Shown here in pieces: positions 1 to 9,731 of a stretch of DNA of 64,000 nt; within the stretch, counting starts at the first letter, position 1, and each line of letters starts with the position of its first letter. The DNA lies in NCBI GenBank assembly GCA_903839695.1, contig CAIMDI010000010.1:6703-70702 (forward strand). The letters are read 5' to 3'. The DNA is from Candidatus Tayloriibacteriota bacterium (GTDB lineage Bacteria > Patescibacteriota > Minisyncoccia > Phycocordibacterales > PALSA-1337). A program made the translations under genes and the position numbers. The notes under the pieces were generated by a model. The model was not told the origin of the DNA. It worked only from the letters and a program-made list of their open reading frames with translations, and did no database searches.

Positions 1-22
1 GAAAAAAGAATTAATAAAAATA

Positions 23-868
23 TTGAAGAAAAATAGTTATGATGCTGTATTAACTTTGCTAACAGACATCATTGATGCAGAAGTTATGGATTCAGCGCCA
101 ACAGTAAAAATTTATGCCAATTTCGCAATTGGTTTTAATAATCTTGATATTGAAGCCGCAAAAGCTAGAGGAGTCTATCTTACAAATACACCAAATGGTG
201 GAGCAGAAAGAGTGGCAGAACATACTTGGGCATTAATTCTTGCTTTAACTTGTCGTATAGTTGAAGGTGATTCATATATAAGGAATGGTAAGTATAATGG
301 TTGGGATCCCATGCTTTTACATGGTGAAAGAATAGAAGGGAAAACCCTGGGAATAATAGGTACAGGACGAATAGGTGCAAATGTAGCTCGTAAGGGAAGA
401 TTTGGATTTGGTATGAATGTCGCCTATTATGATGTAAAAAGAAATGAAGAACTTGAAAAAGAAGATGGTGCAAAATTTTATCCTACAGTTGAAGAAGTAT
501 TAAAGATTTCAGATATAGTTTCTTTACATGTGCCATTGATGGATTCTACTCATCATTTAATAAATATTGATAGATTAAAAATGATGAAACCGTCAGCGTA
601 TTTGATAAACACATCCAGAGGTCCAGTTATTGATGAAAATGATCTCGTATACGCCTTAAAAAATAAAATTATAAAGGGTGCCGGTCTTGATGTATTTGAA
701 TTTGAACCAAAACTCGTAAGTGGATTAGCAAAATTATCTGATGTTGTTATTACTCCTCATATTGCTTCAGCAACTGAAGAGGCAAGACTAGAAATGTCAA
801 AAGTATCTGCACAAAATATCATAGATTGCATGGGTGGTGTTATTCCTAGAAACAATGTGTTAAAATAA
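23..868 (+). CDS. D-isomer 2-hydroxyacid dehydrogenase (glyoxylate reductase / D-glycerate dehydrogenase), probably 5'-truncated by the window edge
   Basis: GIIGTGRIG NAD-binding motif, SLHVP, INTSRGPV, GLDVFEFEP, TPHIAS. Confidence 0.9.
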   Translation: MKKNSYDAVLTLLTDIIDAEVMDSAPTVKIYANFAIGFNNLDIEAAKARGVYLTNTPNGGAERVAEHTWALILALTCRIVEGDSYIRNGKYNGWDPMLLHGERIEGKTLGIIGTGRIGANVARKGRFGFGMNVAYYDVKRNEELEKEDGAKFYPTVEEVLKISDIVSLHVPLMDSTHHLINIDRLKMMKPSAYLINTSRGPVIDENDLVYALKNKIIKGAGLDVFEFEPKLVSGLAKLSDVVITPHIASATEEARLEMSKVSAQNIIDCMGGVIPRNNVLK

Positions 869-886
869 TATTACAAATAATTAAAT

Positions 887-1096
887 ATGTCAGAAATTCA
901 ATTTGATACAGACCAAATACAATACAAACCTAGGACTGTTGTTGGCCAGCAACATTCTTCAGTAGGTGGTATTACAGGTTGGTTATTGCAAAAAGGTATT
1001 ATAAAAGATGAGTCACAAGCGGGCGGAGTGCTTATGGTTATTGTCATTATAAATTTTATTTTAACAGCTTTAGTAATTTATTTCTTTGTATTTTAA
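887..1096 (+). CDS. small membrane protein
   Basis: 69 aa with a C-terminal hydrophobic helix. Confidence 0.65.
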   Translation: MSEIQFDTDQIQYKPRTVVGQQHSSVGGITGWLLQKGIIKDESQAGGVLMVIVIINFILTALVIYFFVF

Positions 1097-1097
1097 T

Positions 1098-1229
1098 ATG
1101 AATAAAACCCCAAAAAAATTAGCTTTTCCAAAATCAGTGTATGCAATTTTCATTTGCACAATTATTATCAATGCCATAATAACTTATTTTATTGTAAATT
1201 ACCCAGTTCAGATATTGTGTGGCCTATAA
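1098..1229 (+). CDS. 43-aa putative single-TM peptide (below the ORF-track cutoff)
   Basis: ATG 1 nt after the upstream stop; MNKTPKKLAFPKSVYAIFICTIIINAIITYFIVNYPVQILCGL*. Confidence 0.45.
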   Translation: MNKTPKKLAFPKSVYAIFICTIIINAIITYFIVNYPVQILCGL

Positions 1230-1294
1230 TCAACATATTCTAGCCTGTGCAGATCTATGTTGTGTTTATTCCACAAAGTAATACAATATTACAC

Positions 1295-1828
1295 ATGAAG
1301 TCTAAAAATAACTACAGTTCAGGATTCACCCTAATTGAATTGTTAGTTGTTGTCTCAATAATAAGTATTTTATCTAGTGTTGTATTAGCGTCGATGTCTA
1401 CAGCAAGAGGAAAGGCAAAAGATGCATCAGTAAAATTTCTGGCAACACAGATGAGGAATGTTTATGAAATGGAATATTTAAAAAGTGGAAGTTACTCAGC
1501 GATGCATGCTGTTACTTCGACTGGTACGGGTTGGGTATGTACTGATACTCCTAGTGTTCATATATGTCTTGTTACCAACATAGCAGGTTGTGATAGTGTA
1601 TATCAATTAGCTACACTGCCAGATGCAAACAAGGTTTGTGATGATATTATAAATAAGTTAGGTGGTTACACATTTGGTGTTATGAATGGTAGCAAGGATA
1701 CTGATTACGCAGTTTTTATAACATATCCAAGTGACAATACAAAAGGATTCTGTGTAAGGAGTACTGGAGCTGTTTCAGCTTCTGTCTCAAGTGCTGATAA
1801 TTGTCTGAATAAGAGTTTATCAATATAA
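1295..1828 (+). CDS. type IV pilin-like protein (prepilin cleavage/methylation motif)
   Basis: G|FTLIELLVVVSII motif, several Cys in the C-terminal domain; start moved to MKSKNN, which lies 7 nt after TACAAT. Confidence 0.9.
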   Translation: MKSKNNYSSGFTLIELLVVVSIISILSSVVLASMSTARGKAKDASVKFLATQMRNVYEMEYLKSGSYSAMHAVTSTGTGWVCTDTPSVHICLVTNIAGCDSVYQLATLPDANKVCDDIINKLGGYTFGVMNGSKDTDYAVFITYPSDNTKGFCVRSTGAVSASVSSADNCLNKSLSI

Positions 1829-1842
1829 AAATAATAACTAAA

Positions 1843-1870
1843 GGCCATCAATCAACTCTGATCGATGGCC
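1843..1870. terminator. intrinsic terminator between the convergent pilin and PEP-CTERM genes
   Basis: GGCCATC...GATGGCC stem; T-rich tail on the minus strand. Confidence 0.65.
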
Positions 1871-1936
1871 AATTCAATAAAAACTGACAAAACTTAAGAT
1901 TCATGGTTTCTAGCTCACTTGAGCACTTCCCATGAT

Positions 1937-2677
1937 TCATGTTCTCTTTCTTCTGAAGATGAGAATTCCAGCACCGCCGATGAGGAAAACTGCAACTGAC
2001 GACGGTTCTGGGATTGACTGCATTTGAAAGACTCCCAGAGTGAAACCACAATTATTCAGATTGTTAAAATCTGGTTGGAACGACTCCACTTGGAGACTGA
2101 ACACATCACCAGGTTTAACCGTACCAAACTCGCTGGTAAACGTGACAGCATCGAAGGGATGCAATCTATCTGCTACTATGGGGTCAGTCCCTACTGAAAC
2201 CCCATTGATTTCGAAGTTAGACAATGTCATGTGCCCATCATCCGCTTTCGCTTTGTTTATTATCCCGACGGATACCATGAATGAATTGACTCCTGCCATG
2301 CTGGGTGTGTTTACCGTGTTGTCAATACGGGTGCTTGCCCCATATCCATAGCCATCAGTCCTCTCTGTTCTTACAGAGGACGCACCGATTGTCATTGTTA
2401 ATTGGAATTTACTCAAATTCTCAATAGTCCACGGTGCACCAGATAAAGTCTGGTCCAATGGAGAGTTCATGTAAAGGACACCCTGTGACAAGAAACTCTT
2501 CCACATTGGGTACGGGAGGTCTGTTACCTCCTGAGGGGTTAAGTCGCGGGTAATCACCATTTGATTTACCACGATTGATTGCTCAGACAACTGAGCGTTG
2601 ACGTTACTGACGAAGGTCAGGAACGCTACGAAGACGGCCAACAGGGCCGCCCTCATTGTTTGTTGACTCGTTTTCAT
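1937..2677 (-). CDS. PEP-CTERM sorting-domain protein
   Basis: N-terminal signal peptide (..NVNA|Q); C-terminus IPEPSS + TM helix + RRKRT; GGAG SD before MKTSQQ. Confidence 0.88.
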   Translation of the reverse strand: MKTSQQTMRAALLAVFVAFLTFVSNVNAQLSEQSIVVNQMVITRDLTPQEVTDLPYPMWKSFLSQGVLYMNSPLDQTLSGAPWTIENLSKFQLTMTIGASSVRTERTDGYGYGASTRIDNTVNTPSMAGVNSFMVSVGIINKAKADDGHMTLSNFEINGVSVGTDPIVADRLHPFDAVTFTSEFGTVKPGDVFSLQVESFQPDFNNLNNCGFTLGVFQMQSIPEPSSVAVFLIGGAGILIFRRKRT

Positions 2678-2897
2678 TTTTGTTCTCCGAAGAACCACTC
2701 TTGTTTTTGGACAACAGGTCCATTAACTCCGTGGTATTTTATTTATGTTAATGATCTATAAGATCTGCAATACATATATCATCTTTAGTATGCCTTTGTC
2801 AAGTAAAATTGTGGAAAAAACCTATTGCCAATTATTAATTTTTAATGAGTAATGTGGCCCCCTTTACTTTTTATTTAATCTGTATATAATACTTCCC

Positions 2898-3569
2898 ATG
2901 CTTATATTAACAGTTGAACCACGCGATTTAAAAATAAAGAACGAAACTCTACGTGAAAGTGGAAGTATTCCTGCTGTACTTTACGGACCTAAACAAAAAT
3001 CTACTTCTGTAAAAGTTTCTACTATCGATTTCATAAAAGCTTATAAAAAAGCTGGTGAATCATCAGTTATTCTATTGAAAGAAGGAGACAAGGAACATGA
3101 GGCACTTATACAAGACGTAGATGTTCATCCAGTTACAGGCGCACCAAGACATGCAGATTTTTATGTAATAGAAAAGGGAAAGAAAGTAAAAGTAAATGTA
3201 CCACTTATTTTCGAAGGAGTTTCTCCAGCAGTAAAGGACAAAGGAGCTATTCTTATCAAAGTTGCCCGAGATTTGGAAATTGAAGCAGCACCAAAGGATT
3301 TACCACACGAATTAAGAGTAGATATATCTACACTAGTAGAATTTTCAAGTACAGTTATGGCAAAGGACATTAAACTTCCAGCAGGAGTAACACTTATTTC
3401 AGGACCAGACGAAATACTTGCATCAGTTTCAGAAGCAAAAGAAGAAACAGAAGAAGTAAAACCTATAGACATGTCAACAATCGAAGTAGAAAAGAAGGGC
3501 AAGGTAGAAGTAGAAGGAGAAGCTGGAGAAGATGCTTCAGCAGAAAAGAAAGAAACAAAGAAGGCGTAA
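2898..3569 (+). CDS. rplY: 50S ribosomal protein L25 (Ctc form)
   Basis: LRESGSIPAVLYG, HPVTGAPRHADF, acidic tail. Confidence 0.95.
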   Translation: MLILTVEPRDLKIKNETLRESGSIPAVLYGPKQKSTSVKVSTIDFIKAYKKAGESSVILLKEGDKEHEALIQDVDVHPVTGAPRHADFYVIEKGKKVKVNVPLIFEGVSPAVKDKGAILIKVARDLEIEAAPKDLPHELRVDISTLVEFSSTVMAKDIKLPAGVTLISGPDEILASVSEAKEETEEVKPIDMSTIEVEKKGKVEVEGEAGEDASAEKKETKKA

Positions 3570-3599
3570 GCCTTTTTTGTTTATGCTACAATATACTAT

Positions 3600-4949
3600 A
3601 TGAATTTGATTGCGAAAGTATTTTTTATTATGGGTATATTTTTTATGCCTATTTTGATACATGCACAGGCTGTTGAAACAGCAGCTCAAAAAGAATCTAG
3701 ACTTCAGGCTGAGCTTGCACAAGTATTAAAAGAACAAGAAGAAACCGAAAAAATCCTTGCAAGTGCACAAAATCAAAGTGCTTCATTAAAGCGCGATATT
3801 CTTATACTTGATACAAAAATCAAGTCAGCTCAGCTAAATATTAAAGCCAAAAATCTACTCATAGAGTCGCTAGGTAAGGATATTACAAAGAAACAAGAGC
3901 AGATTTTAAGTCTGGAGGAAAGGATAAGTAGAGGTAGGGAAACTTTGTCTCAAATAATGCGAAAAACAAATGAAATAGATTCATTATCAATACCAGAATT
4001 TATTTTAGAAAAAGAAGATTTAACTACAGTTCTTTCAGACATTGATAAATTTGAATCAATACGAGAATCATTAAAAATTACATTTGAACAAATTAGAAGT
4101 GATAAGACACAGACAGAGACAGAAAAAGATGTATTGGATAAAAGAAAGAATAAGGAAATGGACGCCAGAGCGACAATAGAATCAGAAAAAAAGAATATTC
4201 AAAATGATGAAATAGAAAAACAGAAACTATTAACAGAGAGTAAGGGAAATGAAAAGGCGTATTCACAAATACTTGCAGATAAAAAGATAAAAGCAGCACA
4301 AATAAGATCTGCATTGTTTTCATTGAGAGATGCAGCAGCTATTCCTTTTGAAAAAGCATTACAATACGCAAATATTGCATCAAAAAGTACAGGTGTAAGA
4401 CCCGCATTTTTACTTGCAATTCTTACTCAAGAATCAGCATTAGGAAAAAATGTAGGATCTTGTTATTTAAGTGATATAAACACAGGATATGGAGTAAGCG
4501 TAAAATCAGGAACTATATTTCCAAATGTAATGAAGCCAGGAAGAGATACAACACCTTTTGTAAGTATAACAAAGTCATTGGGTATGGATCCTATGAAAAC
4601 ATTGGTTTCTTGTCCAATACTCAGCGCTGGAGGATACGGTGGAGCGATGGGCCCAGCACAATTCATTGCCTCGACATGGATGTTGTTTAATAGTCGATTG
4701 GCTAAAGTATTAAATACTCCTATACCAAATCCTTGGTCACCTCAAGATGCTTTTATGGCTTCGGCAATGTTTCTCTCTGATCTAGGTGCGTATTCAGGAA
4801 GTTATACAGGAGAAAGAAATGCAGCTTGCAAATACTATTCCGGTAAAGCATGTAGTACAAAGTCAGTTAATAATGCATATGGAACACAAGTTATGTCAAA
4901 AGCAGCTATTATTCAACAAACAATGATTGATCCATTGCAAGGATTGTAA
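3600..4949 (+). CDS. secreted coiled-coil + lytic murein transglycosylase (SLT/MltB-like)
   Basis: Signal peptide, long coiled coil, ILTQES catalytic Glu, GAMGPAQFIASTW. Confidence 0.85.
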   Translation: MNLIAKVFFIMGIFFMPILIHAQAVETAAQKESRLQAELAQVLKEQEETEKILASAQNQSASLKRDILILDTKIKSAQLNIKAKNLLIESLGKDITKKQEQILSLEERISRGRETLSQIMRKTNEIDSLSIPEFILEKEDLTTVLSDIDKFESIRESLKITFEQIRSDKTQTETEKDVLDKRKNKEMDARATIESEKKNIQNDEIEKQKLLTESKGNEKAYSQILADKKIKAAQIRSALFSLRDAAAIPFEKALQYANIASKSTGVRPAFLLAILTQESALGKNVGSCYLSDINTGYGVSVKSGTIFPNVMKPGRDTTPFVSITKSLGMDPMKTLVSCPILSAGGYGGAMGPAQFIASTWMLFNSRLAKVLNTPIPNPWSPQDAFMASAMFLSDLGAYSGSYTGERNAACKYYSGKACSTKSVNNAYGTQVMSKAAIIQQTMIDPLQGL

Positions 4950-5081
4950 TTTCTGTAAAAAAAATATTCAGGCACAATATTTTAATCTTGGTAATATTGA
5001 CCATGATTTTTTTTGCCTCATAATGTATTCAAATATGTACCAAATTTATTTTACTAATTAATTATTCTTAAAAATTATCTC

Positions 5082-5681
5082 ATGCAAGAAACAGAACCAA
5101 TATATTTTACAAAATTTAGGGAAGGTATAGATAGGAGATTTGACTCTATGGACAAGAGATTCGATTCTATGGATAGAAAGTTTGAGGCTGTAGACTTAAA
5201 GTTTATTGCGATGGATAAAAAGTTTGACGCAATAGATAAAAGGTTTGACTCTATGGACAAAAAGTTTGATGCGATAGACTTAAGATTTGTTGCGATGGAC
5301 AAAAAGTTCGATGCTATAGACTTAAGATTTGCTGCGATGGATAAAAAGTTTGACGCAATAGACTTAAGATTTGACTCAATATACAAGAGGTTTGACTCTA
5401 TGGATAAAAAGTTTGATGCCATAGATAAAAGGTTTGTTAATATGGACAAAAAGTTTGATGCTATTGATGTTAAATTCGTTACTATAGATGAGAATTTCAA
5501 AAATATCAGTTCTCAACTTACTGACATAAGAAATATGCAGGACATTCATTTTGAGGCTATTGGCGGGGTAAAAATCCAAATAACAGAGATTATTGAAGCA
5601 TTGGATAGAAAGGCAGATGTTGCTGATGTAAAAGCATTAGAATATCGAACTAAAAAGCTTGAGTCTCTAGCTTTTGCATAA
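5082..5681 (+). CDS. heptad-repeat coiled-coil protein
   Basis: About 17 tandem F-D-x-[MI]-D-[KL]-[KR] heptads. Confidence 0.8.
   Translation: MQETEPIYFTKFREGIDRRFDSMDKRFDSMDRKFEAVDLKFIAMDKKFDAIDKRFDSMDKKFDAIDLRFVAMDKKFDAIDLRFAAMDKKFDAIDLRFDSIYKRFDSMDKKFDAIDKRFVNMDKKFDAIDVKFVTIDENFKNISSQLTDIRNMQDIHFEAIGGVKIQITEIIEALDRKADVADVKALEYRTKKLESLAFA
5139..5495 (+). repeat. degenerate 21-bp coding tandem repeat
   Basis: Units such as tttgactctatggacaaaaag / tttgatgcgatagacttaaga. Confidence 0.9.
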
Positions 5682-5755
5682 TATATTGCAAATTATACAT
5701 ATAATATGTAAATGGTTGCAGATTTGCTTATTATTTGGTATAGTCTTTCTTACTT

Positions 5756-6022
5756 ATGAAAAAAGATATTCACCCAAAAGAATACAGACCTGTTGTGTTC
5801 GTAGATAATTCTAACGGATCTCAGTTTCTCATTTCTTCAACTATAAAAACAACAGAAAAAGCAACATGGACAGATGGAAAAGAATACCCAGCATTTCACG
5901 TAGAAATTTCTAGTGCTTCTCATCCATTTTATACAAATCAAGAAAAGACTATGGACAGCGCAGGTCGTGTAGAAAAGTTCAAAACTCGCCAATCAAAAGC
6001 TACTTCAAAGAAGAAGGCTTAG
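5756..6022 (+). CDS. rpmE: 50S ribosomal protein L31 type B (Zn-free)
   Basis: MKKDIHP, EISSASHPFYT, GRVEKF; no CxxC. Confidence 0.95.
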   Translation: MKKDIHPKEYRPVVFVDNSNGSQFLISSTIKTTEKATWTDGKEYPAFHVEISSASHPFYTNQEKTMDSAGRVEKFKTRQSKATSKKKA

Positions 6023-6949
6023 ATGAATTTAGAAGAATACAAAAAAAATCACAAAACAGCATTTCTGGCTGATATATATGAGAAGCTTTTGAAAGACGAA
6101 GCAGAGCTTCTTTCTATTGTGCAAAAGGATCCTTCTATGAAAGAGATTGCTGAAGCAGATTTAGCAAATATTGCAGAGCAAAAGAAAAACACTGAAGATC
6201 AAATTAAAGCCATAATCGAATCTGAAAAAGAGGAAATAGAATATCCTACAGAATTGATATTGGAAGTTCGTGCAGCAACAGGTGGTGATGAAGCTACACT
6301 TTTTGCCGAGGAATTGATGCAAATGTATAAAAAGTATGCGGAAACAAAAGGCTGGTCAGTAAAGATTATTGAAGATTTAACTTTAGAAATAAAGGGTAAA
6401 ACTGCCTATGAAATCTTAAAACACGAAACTGGTGTTCATAGAGTGCAAAGAATTCCAGAAACTGAAAAAATGGGTCGTGTGCATACGTCTACAGCATCAG
6501 TGGCTATATTGCCTATTAGAAAAAAAGTAAAATTTGAAATAAATCCAACAGAATTGCATGTTGAGTTTTCCCGCGCTGGTGGAAAGGGAGGTCAAAATGT
6601 AAATAAAGTTGAGACAGCGGTAAGAATATTACACATACCGACAGGTATTGACGTTAGAGCGACAGCAGAAAGAAGCCAAAGTGCAAATCGCGAAATGGCC
6701 ATGTCTATTCTTATGGCAAAATTAGAGGCATTGAAAGAGGAACAAGAAGCAAAGAAATTTAATGCAAATAAGAAGGGACAAATAGGTACTGGGGATCGTT
6801 CAGAAAAAATCCGTACGTACAATTTTCCACAAGATCGCCTTACAGATCATAGAATAAAAGAATCATGGAGTAATATACACAGTATTATGTCTGGAAAGCT
6901 TGATCCTATTATAGAAAAGCTAGAAGAGTTTCAGAGGTTGCAAAAATAA
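6023..6949 (+). CDS. prfA: peptide chain release factor 1
   Basis: HRVQRIPET (PxT motif), GGQ, IRTYNFPQDR. Confidence 0.93.
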   Translation: MNLEEYKKNHKTAFLADIYEKLLKDEAELLSIVQKDPSMKEIAEADLANIAEQKKNTEDQIKAIIESEKEEIEYPTELILEVRAATGGDEATLFAEELMQMYKKYAETKGWSVKIIEDLTLEIKGKTAYEILKHETGVHRVQRIPETEKMGRVHTSTASVAILPIRKKVKFEINPTELHVEFSRAGGKGGQNVNKVETAVRILHIPTGIDVRATAERSQSANREMAMSILMAKLEALKEEQEAKKFNANKKGQIGTGDRSEKIRTYNFPQDRLTDHRIKESWSNIHSIMSGKLDPIIEKLEEFQRLQK

Positions 6950-6981
6950 GCCCTATTTGCTACACTCTGTCTACATTAATT

Positions 6982-7689
6982 ATGAACAAACAAGCAAACA
7001 ACCCAATGATCGATAGTATGTTTAAAGCAGGTGCTCATTTTGGTTTTTCTAAGACACGTAGACACCCTAGTGTTGCCCCTTATATTTTTGGTATTAAAAA
7101 TAAAGTAGAAATATTTGATCTAGAAAAAACAAGTGATTTATTAGAAAAAGCAAAGGTTTACGTTGCAACTTTAGGAAGAGAGGGAAAGTCTATACTTTTT
7201 GTCGGAGGCAAAAGTGAGGCAAGAAATGCTACAAAGATAGGTGCTTTATCTATAAACATGCCTTATGTAGACGGAAGATGGATTGGTGGTACTCTTACAA
7301 ACTTTGTTCAAATCAGAAAGCGAGTAGAAAAGCTAGAAAGACTAACTTCAGAAAAGGAAAAGGGAGAATTAACAAAATACACAAAAAAGGAGAGATTATT
7401 GATCGACCGTGAGATTGCAAATCTAGAGAGATTCTTTTCTGGAGTAGTTTCAATGAAAGAACTTCCAAAAGCTATTTTTGTTGTAGATCCAAAGAAAGAA
7501 AAAACTGCTGTTAAAGAAGCACAAGATATGGGTATTGTAGTTGTATCTATTGCTGGTTCAGATTGCAATATAAAATCAATAGACTATCCAATTGTCGGAA
7601 ATGATTCATCTCAAACAAGTATTCAGTACCTAACCAACGAAATCACTAAAGCATATTTTGACGCCAAGTCTGAGGTAAAAAAAATATAG
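6982..7689 (+). CDS. rpsB: 30S ribosomal protein S2
   Basis: AGAHFG, RWIGGTLTN, GNDSS. Confidence 0.97.
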   Translation: MNKQANNPMIDSMFKAGAHFGFSKTRRHPSVAPYIFGIKNKVEIFDLEKTSDLLEKAKVYVATLGREGKSILFVGGKSEARNATKIGALSINMPYVDGRWIGGTLTNFVQIRKRVEKLERLTSEKEKGELTKYTKKERLLIDREIANLERFFSGVVSMKELPKAIFVVDPKKEKTAVKEAQDMGIVVVSIAGSDCNIKSIDYPIVGNDSSQTSIQYLTNEITKAYFDAKSEVKKI

Positions 7690-7761
7690 CTCTATCTAGC
7701 AAGTTCAGGATTTTGTGTGGTATAATGTTTCTTATTATTATAATCTTTAAATACTAATATT

Positions 7762-8355
7762 ATGTCTACAATTACTACCGAACAAGTAAAAGAATTACGA
7801 GATTCAACTGGCATATCAGTAATGCAATGTAAAAAAGCTTTAGAAGAGGCTGGTGGTGATATGGAAAAAGCTAAAGTCATTCTTAGAAAAAAGAGTGGAG
7901 AATTAGCTTCAAAAAAAAGCGATAGAACATTCCATTCTGGCACCATACAGGCATATTCACATTCAACTGGAAAAGTTGCTACTTTAGTTGAGCTTGTTTG
8001 CGAAACTGATTTCGTTTCTGGAAACGATGAGTTCAAGGCTCTTGCGCGAGATATTGCAATGCATATTACTGCATCAAATCCAAAATTTCTAAAGAAAGAA
8101 GATATTACAGAAGAAGCTAGAAATACCGCAAAGGAAGTATTCATGAAGGAGGTTGAAGGAAAGCCAAAGGAAATGCAAGATAAGATTCTTGAAGGTAAAC
8201 TTGCTACATATTTTGGAGAAATGGTTCTTTTAAATCAACCATTTATTAAAAACCCAGAATTAACAATAGAAGGACTAATACAAGCTGCTGTACAAAAGTT
8301 TGGTGAAAAGATTGAAGTTTCAAGATTCATCAGATACGGCGTGCTTGAACAATAA
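7762..8355 (+). CDS. tsf: elongation factor Ts (short form)
   Basis: VKELRDSTG..MQCKKAL, ETDFV, IAMHI; follows rpsB. Confidence 0.96.
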   Translation: MSTITTEQVKELRDSTGISVMQCKKALEEAGGDMEKAKVILRKKSGELASKKSDRTFHSGTIQAYSHSTGKVATLVELVCETDFVSGNDEFKALARDIAMHITASNPKFLKKEDITEEARNTAKEVFMKEVEGKPKEMQDKILEGKLATYFGEMVLLNQPFIKNPELTIEGLIQAAVQKFGEKIEVSRFIRYGVLEQ

Positions 8356-8356
8356 A

Positions 8357-8770
8357 ATGTCTACTTTTTTAGATCCAATTACCATATCTTTCTACATTTC
8401 TTTTTTAGGTATAATCAGCTTATTCGGCCTGAAGATTTTTGAAATTAAGTCTGGAAAGAAAAATTGGGTTTCTAAAATAGCAGGCAAGACAGATTCAACA
8501 ATTAGAAATTCTTATATATTTTTAAGAAAAACATTTTCCCATATAAATAAGAAGAACGCTATTGCACTTATTCAATGGATTGCGTATTATATCTTATCGT
8601 GGGCAAGACGAGCTTACATATGGGCTCATAGAAAGGCTCATGCCCATCCACCATCAAAAATGGTTATAGATATGGTGAGAGGTAGAGGAGAAATAAAAAG
8701 AAATGGAGGAGTATCATTTTTTTTGAAAAGTATCTCTTCAGATGATATAGTAGAAGAAGCAAAGAAATAA
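8357..8770 (+). CDS. hypothetical membrane protein
   Basis: ATG 1 nt after the tsf stop; N-terminal TM helix. Confidence 0.65.
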   Translation: MSTFLDPITISFYISFLGIISLFGLKIFEIKSGKKNWVSKIAGKTDSTIRNSYIFLRKTFSHINKKNAIALIQWIAYYILSWARRAYIWAHRKAHAHPPSKMVIDMVRGRGEIKRNGGVSFFLKSISSDDIVEEAKK

Positions 8771-8861
8771 TGTTTAAATAGTGCCACCTTAGCTGTCTTG
8801 GTAGGTATACAACGTAAGGTGAGAATAATGACCCAAATGTGTTTTTGAAAAATAAATATTT

Positions 8862-8937
8862 GCCACCTTAGCTCAGTTGGTAGAGCAACGCTTTTGTAAA
8901 GCGAAGGTCCCCAGTTCAAGTCTGGGAGGTGGCTCCA
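8862..8937 (+). tRNA. tRNA-Thr(TGT)
   Basis: GCCACCT/AGGTGGC acceptor stem, TAGCTCAGTTGGTAGAGC D arm, anticodon TGT, TTCAAGT T loop, encoded CCA; 76 nt. Confidence 0.97.
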
Positions 8938-8946
8938 AGAAATAAT

Positions 8947-8974
8947 AAAAATTAGCCCTTCAGGGCTATTTTTG
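8947..8974 (+). terminator. intrinsic terminator after tRNA-Thr
   Basis: TAGCCC-ttca-GGGCTA + TTTTT. Confidence 0.8.
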
Positions 8975-8987
8975 TTATTATTAGTAT

Positions 8988-9722
8988 ATGAAAAATCAAA
9001 AAGGCCATTTACATCCATTAACTCAATTTACCAGAGAAGTGGTAAATATTTTTGCTGATATGGGATTCGTAGTTGCTGAAGGTCCAGAACTTGAAAAAGA
9101 ATTTTACAATTTTGATGCATTAAATATTCCTGCAGATCATCCATCTCGAGATATGCAAGATACATTTTGGATAAAAATGGACTCACAAAAAGATAATGTA
9201 GAAAAAATTGATTCCAGAATTCGTCCTGTTATGCGAACACAAACTTCTGCTGTCCAAGTAAGGTTTTTGGAAAAACATAAAGACAATTTACCTTGTGCAA
9301 TAGTTGTGCCAGGTAAGGTTTTTAGAAATGAGGCAACAGACGCTACACATGAAGCTCAATTCTCCCAATTAGAAGCATTATACGTTGATAAAGATGTATC
9401 AATGGGACATTTGAAAGGTGTTATAGAACATTTCTTAAAGAAAATGTATGGAGATGGAGTTGAAATACGTTTTAGACCAAGTTTTTTTCCATTCGTTGAA
9501 CCGGGAGTAGAAGTAGATATGAAATTCAATGGTAAATGGTTGGAAATGGGAGGCGCTGGTATGGTACATCCAAATGTATTTAAAACTGTTGGTATAGATT
9601 CAGAAGTGTGGAAAGGATTTGCTTTTGGTTTTGGTATAGATCGACTTGTAATGATGAAGCACAATATTACAGACATAAGATTATTATACAGCGGTGATTT
9701 AAGATTTATTAATCAATTCTAA
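8988..9722 (+). CDS. pheS: phenylalanyl-tRNA synthetase alpha subunit (no N-terminal coiled coil)
   Basis: HPSRDMQDTFW, RTQTS, FPFVEP, GFAFGFGIDR. Confidence 0.96.
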   Translation: MKNQKGHLHPLTQFTREVVNIFADMGFVVAEGPELEKEFYNFDALNIPADHPSRDMQDTFWIKMDSQKDNVEKIDSRIRPVMRTQTSAVQVRFLEKHKDNLPCAIVVPGKVFRNEATDATHEAQFSQLEALYVDKDVSMGHLKGVIEHFLKKMYGDGVEIRFRPSFFPFVEPGVEVDMKFNGKWLEMGGAGMVHPNVFKTVGIDSEVWKGFAFGFGIDRLVMMKHNITDIRLLYSGDLRFINQF

Positions 9723-9731
9723 TTAAAACAA

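Noticed and set aside
5075-5500. 141-aa antisense ORF and possible CRISPR-like periodicity in the 21-bp repeat
   Set aside because: It is the antisense shadow of the coding heptad repeat; there are no unique spacers and no cas genes
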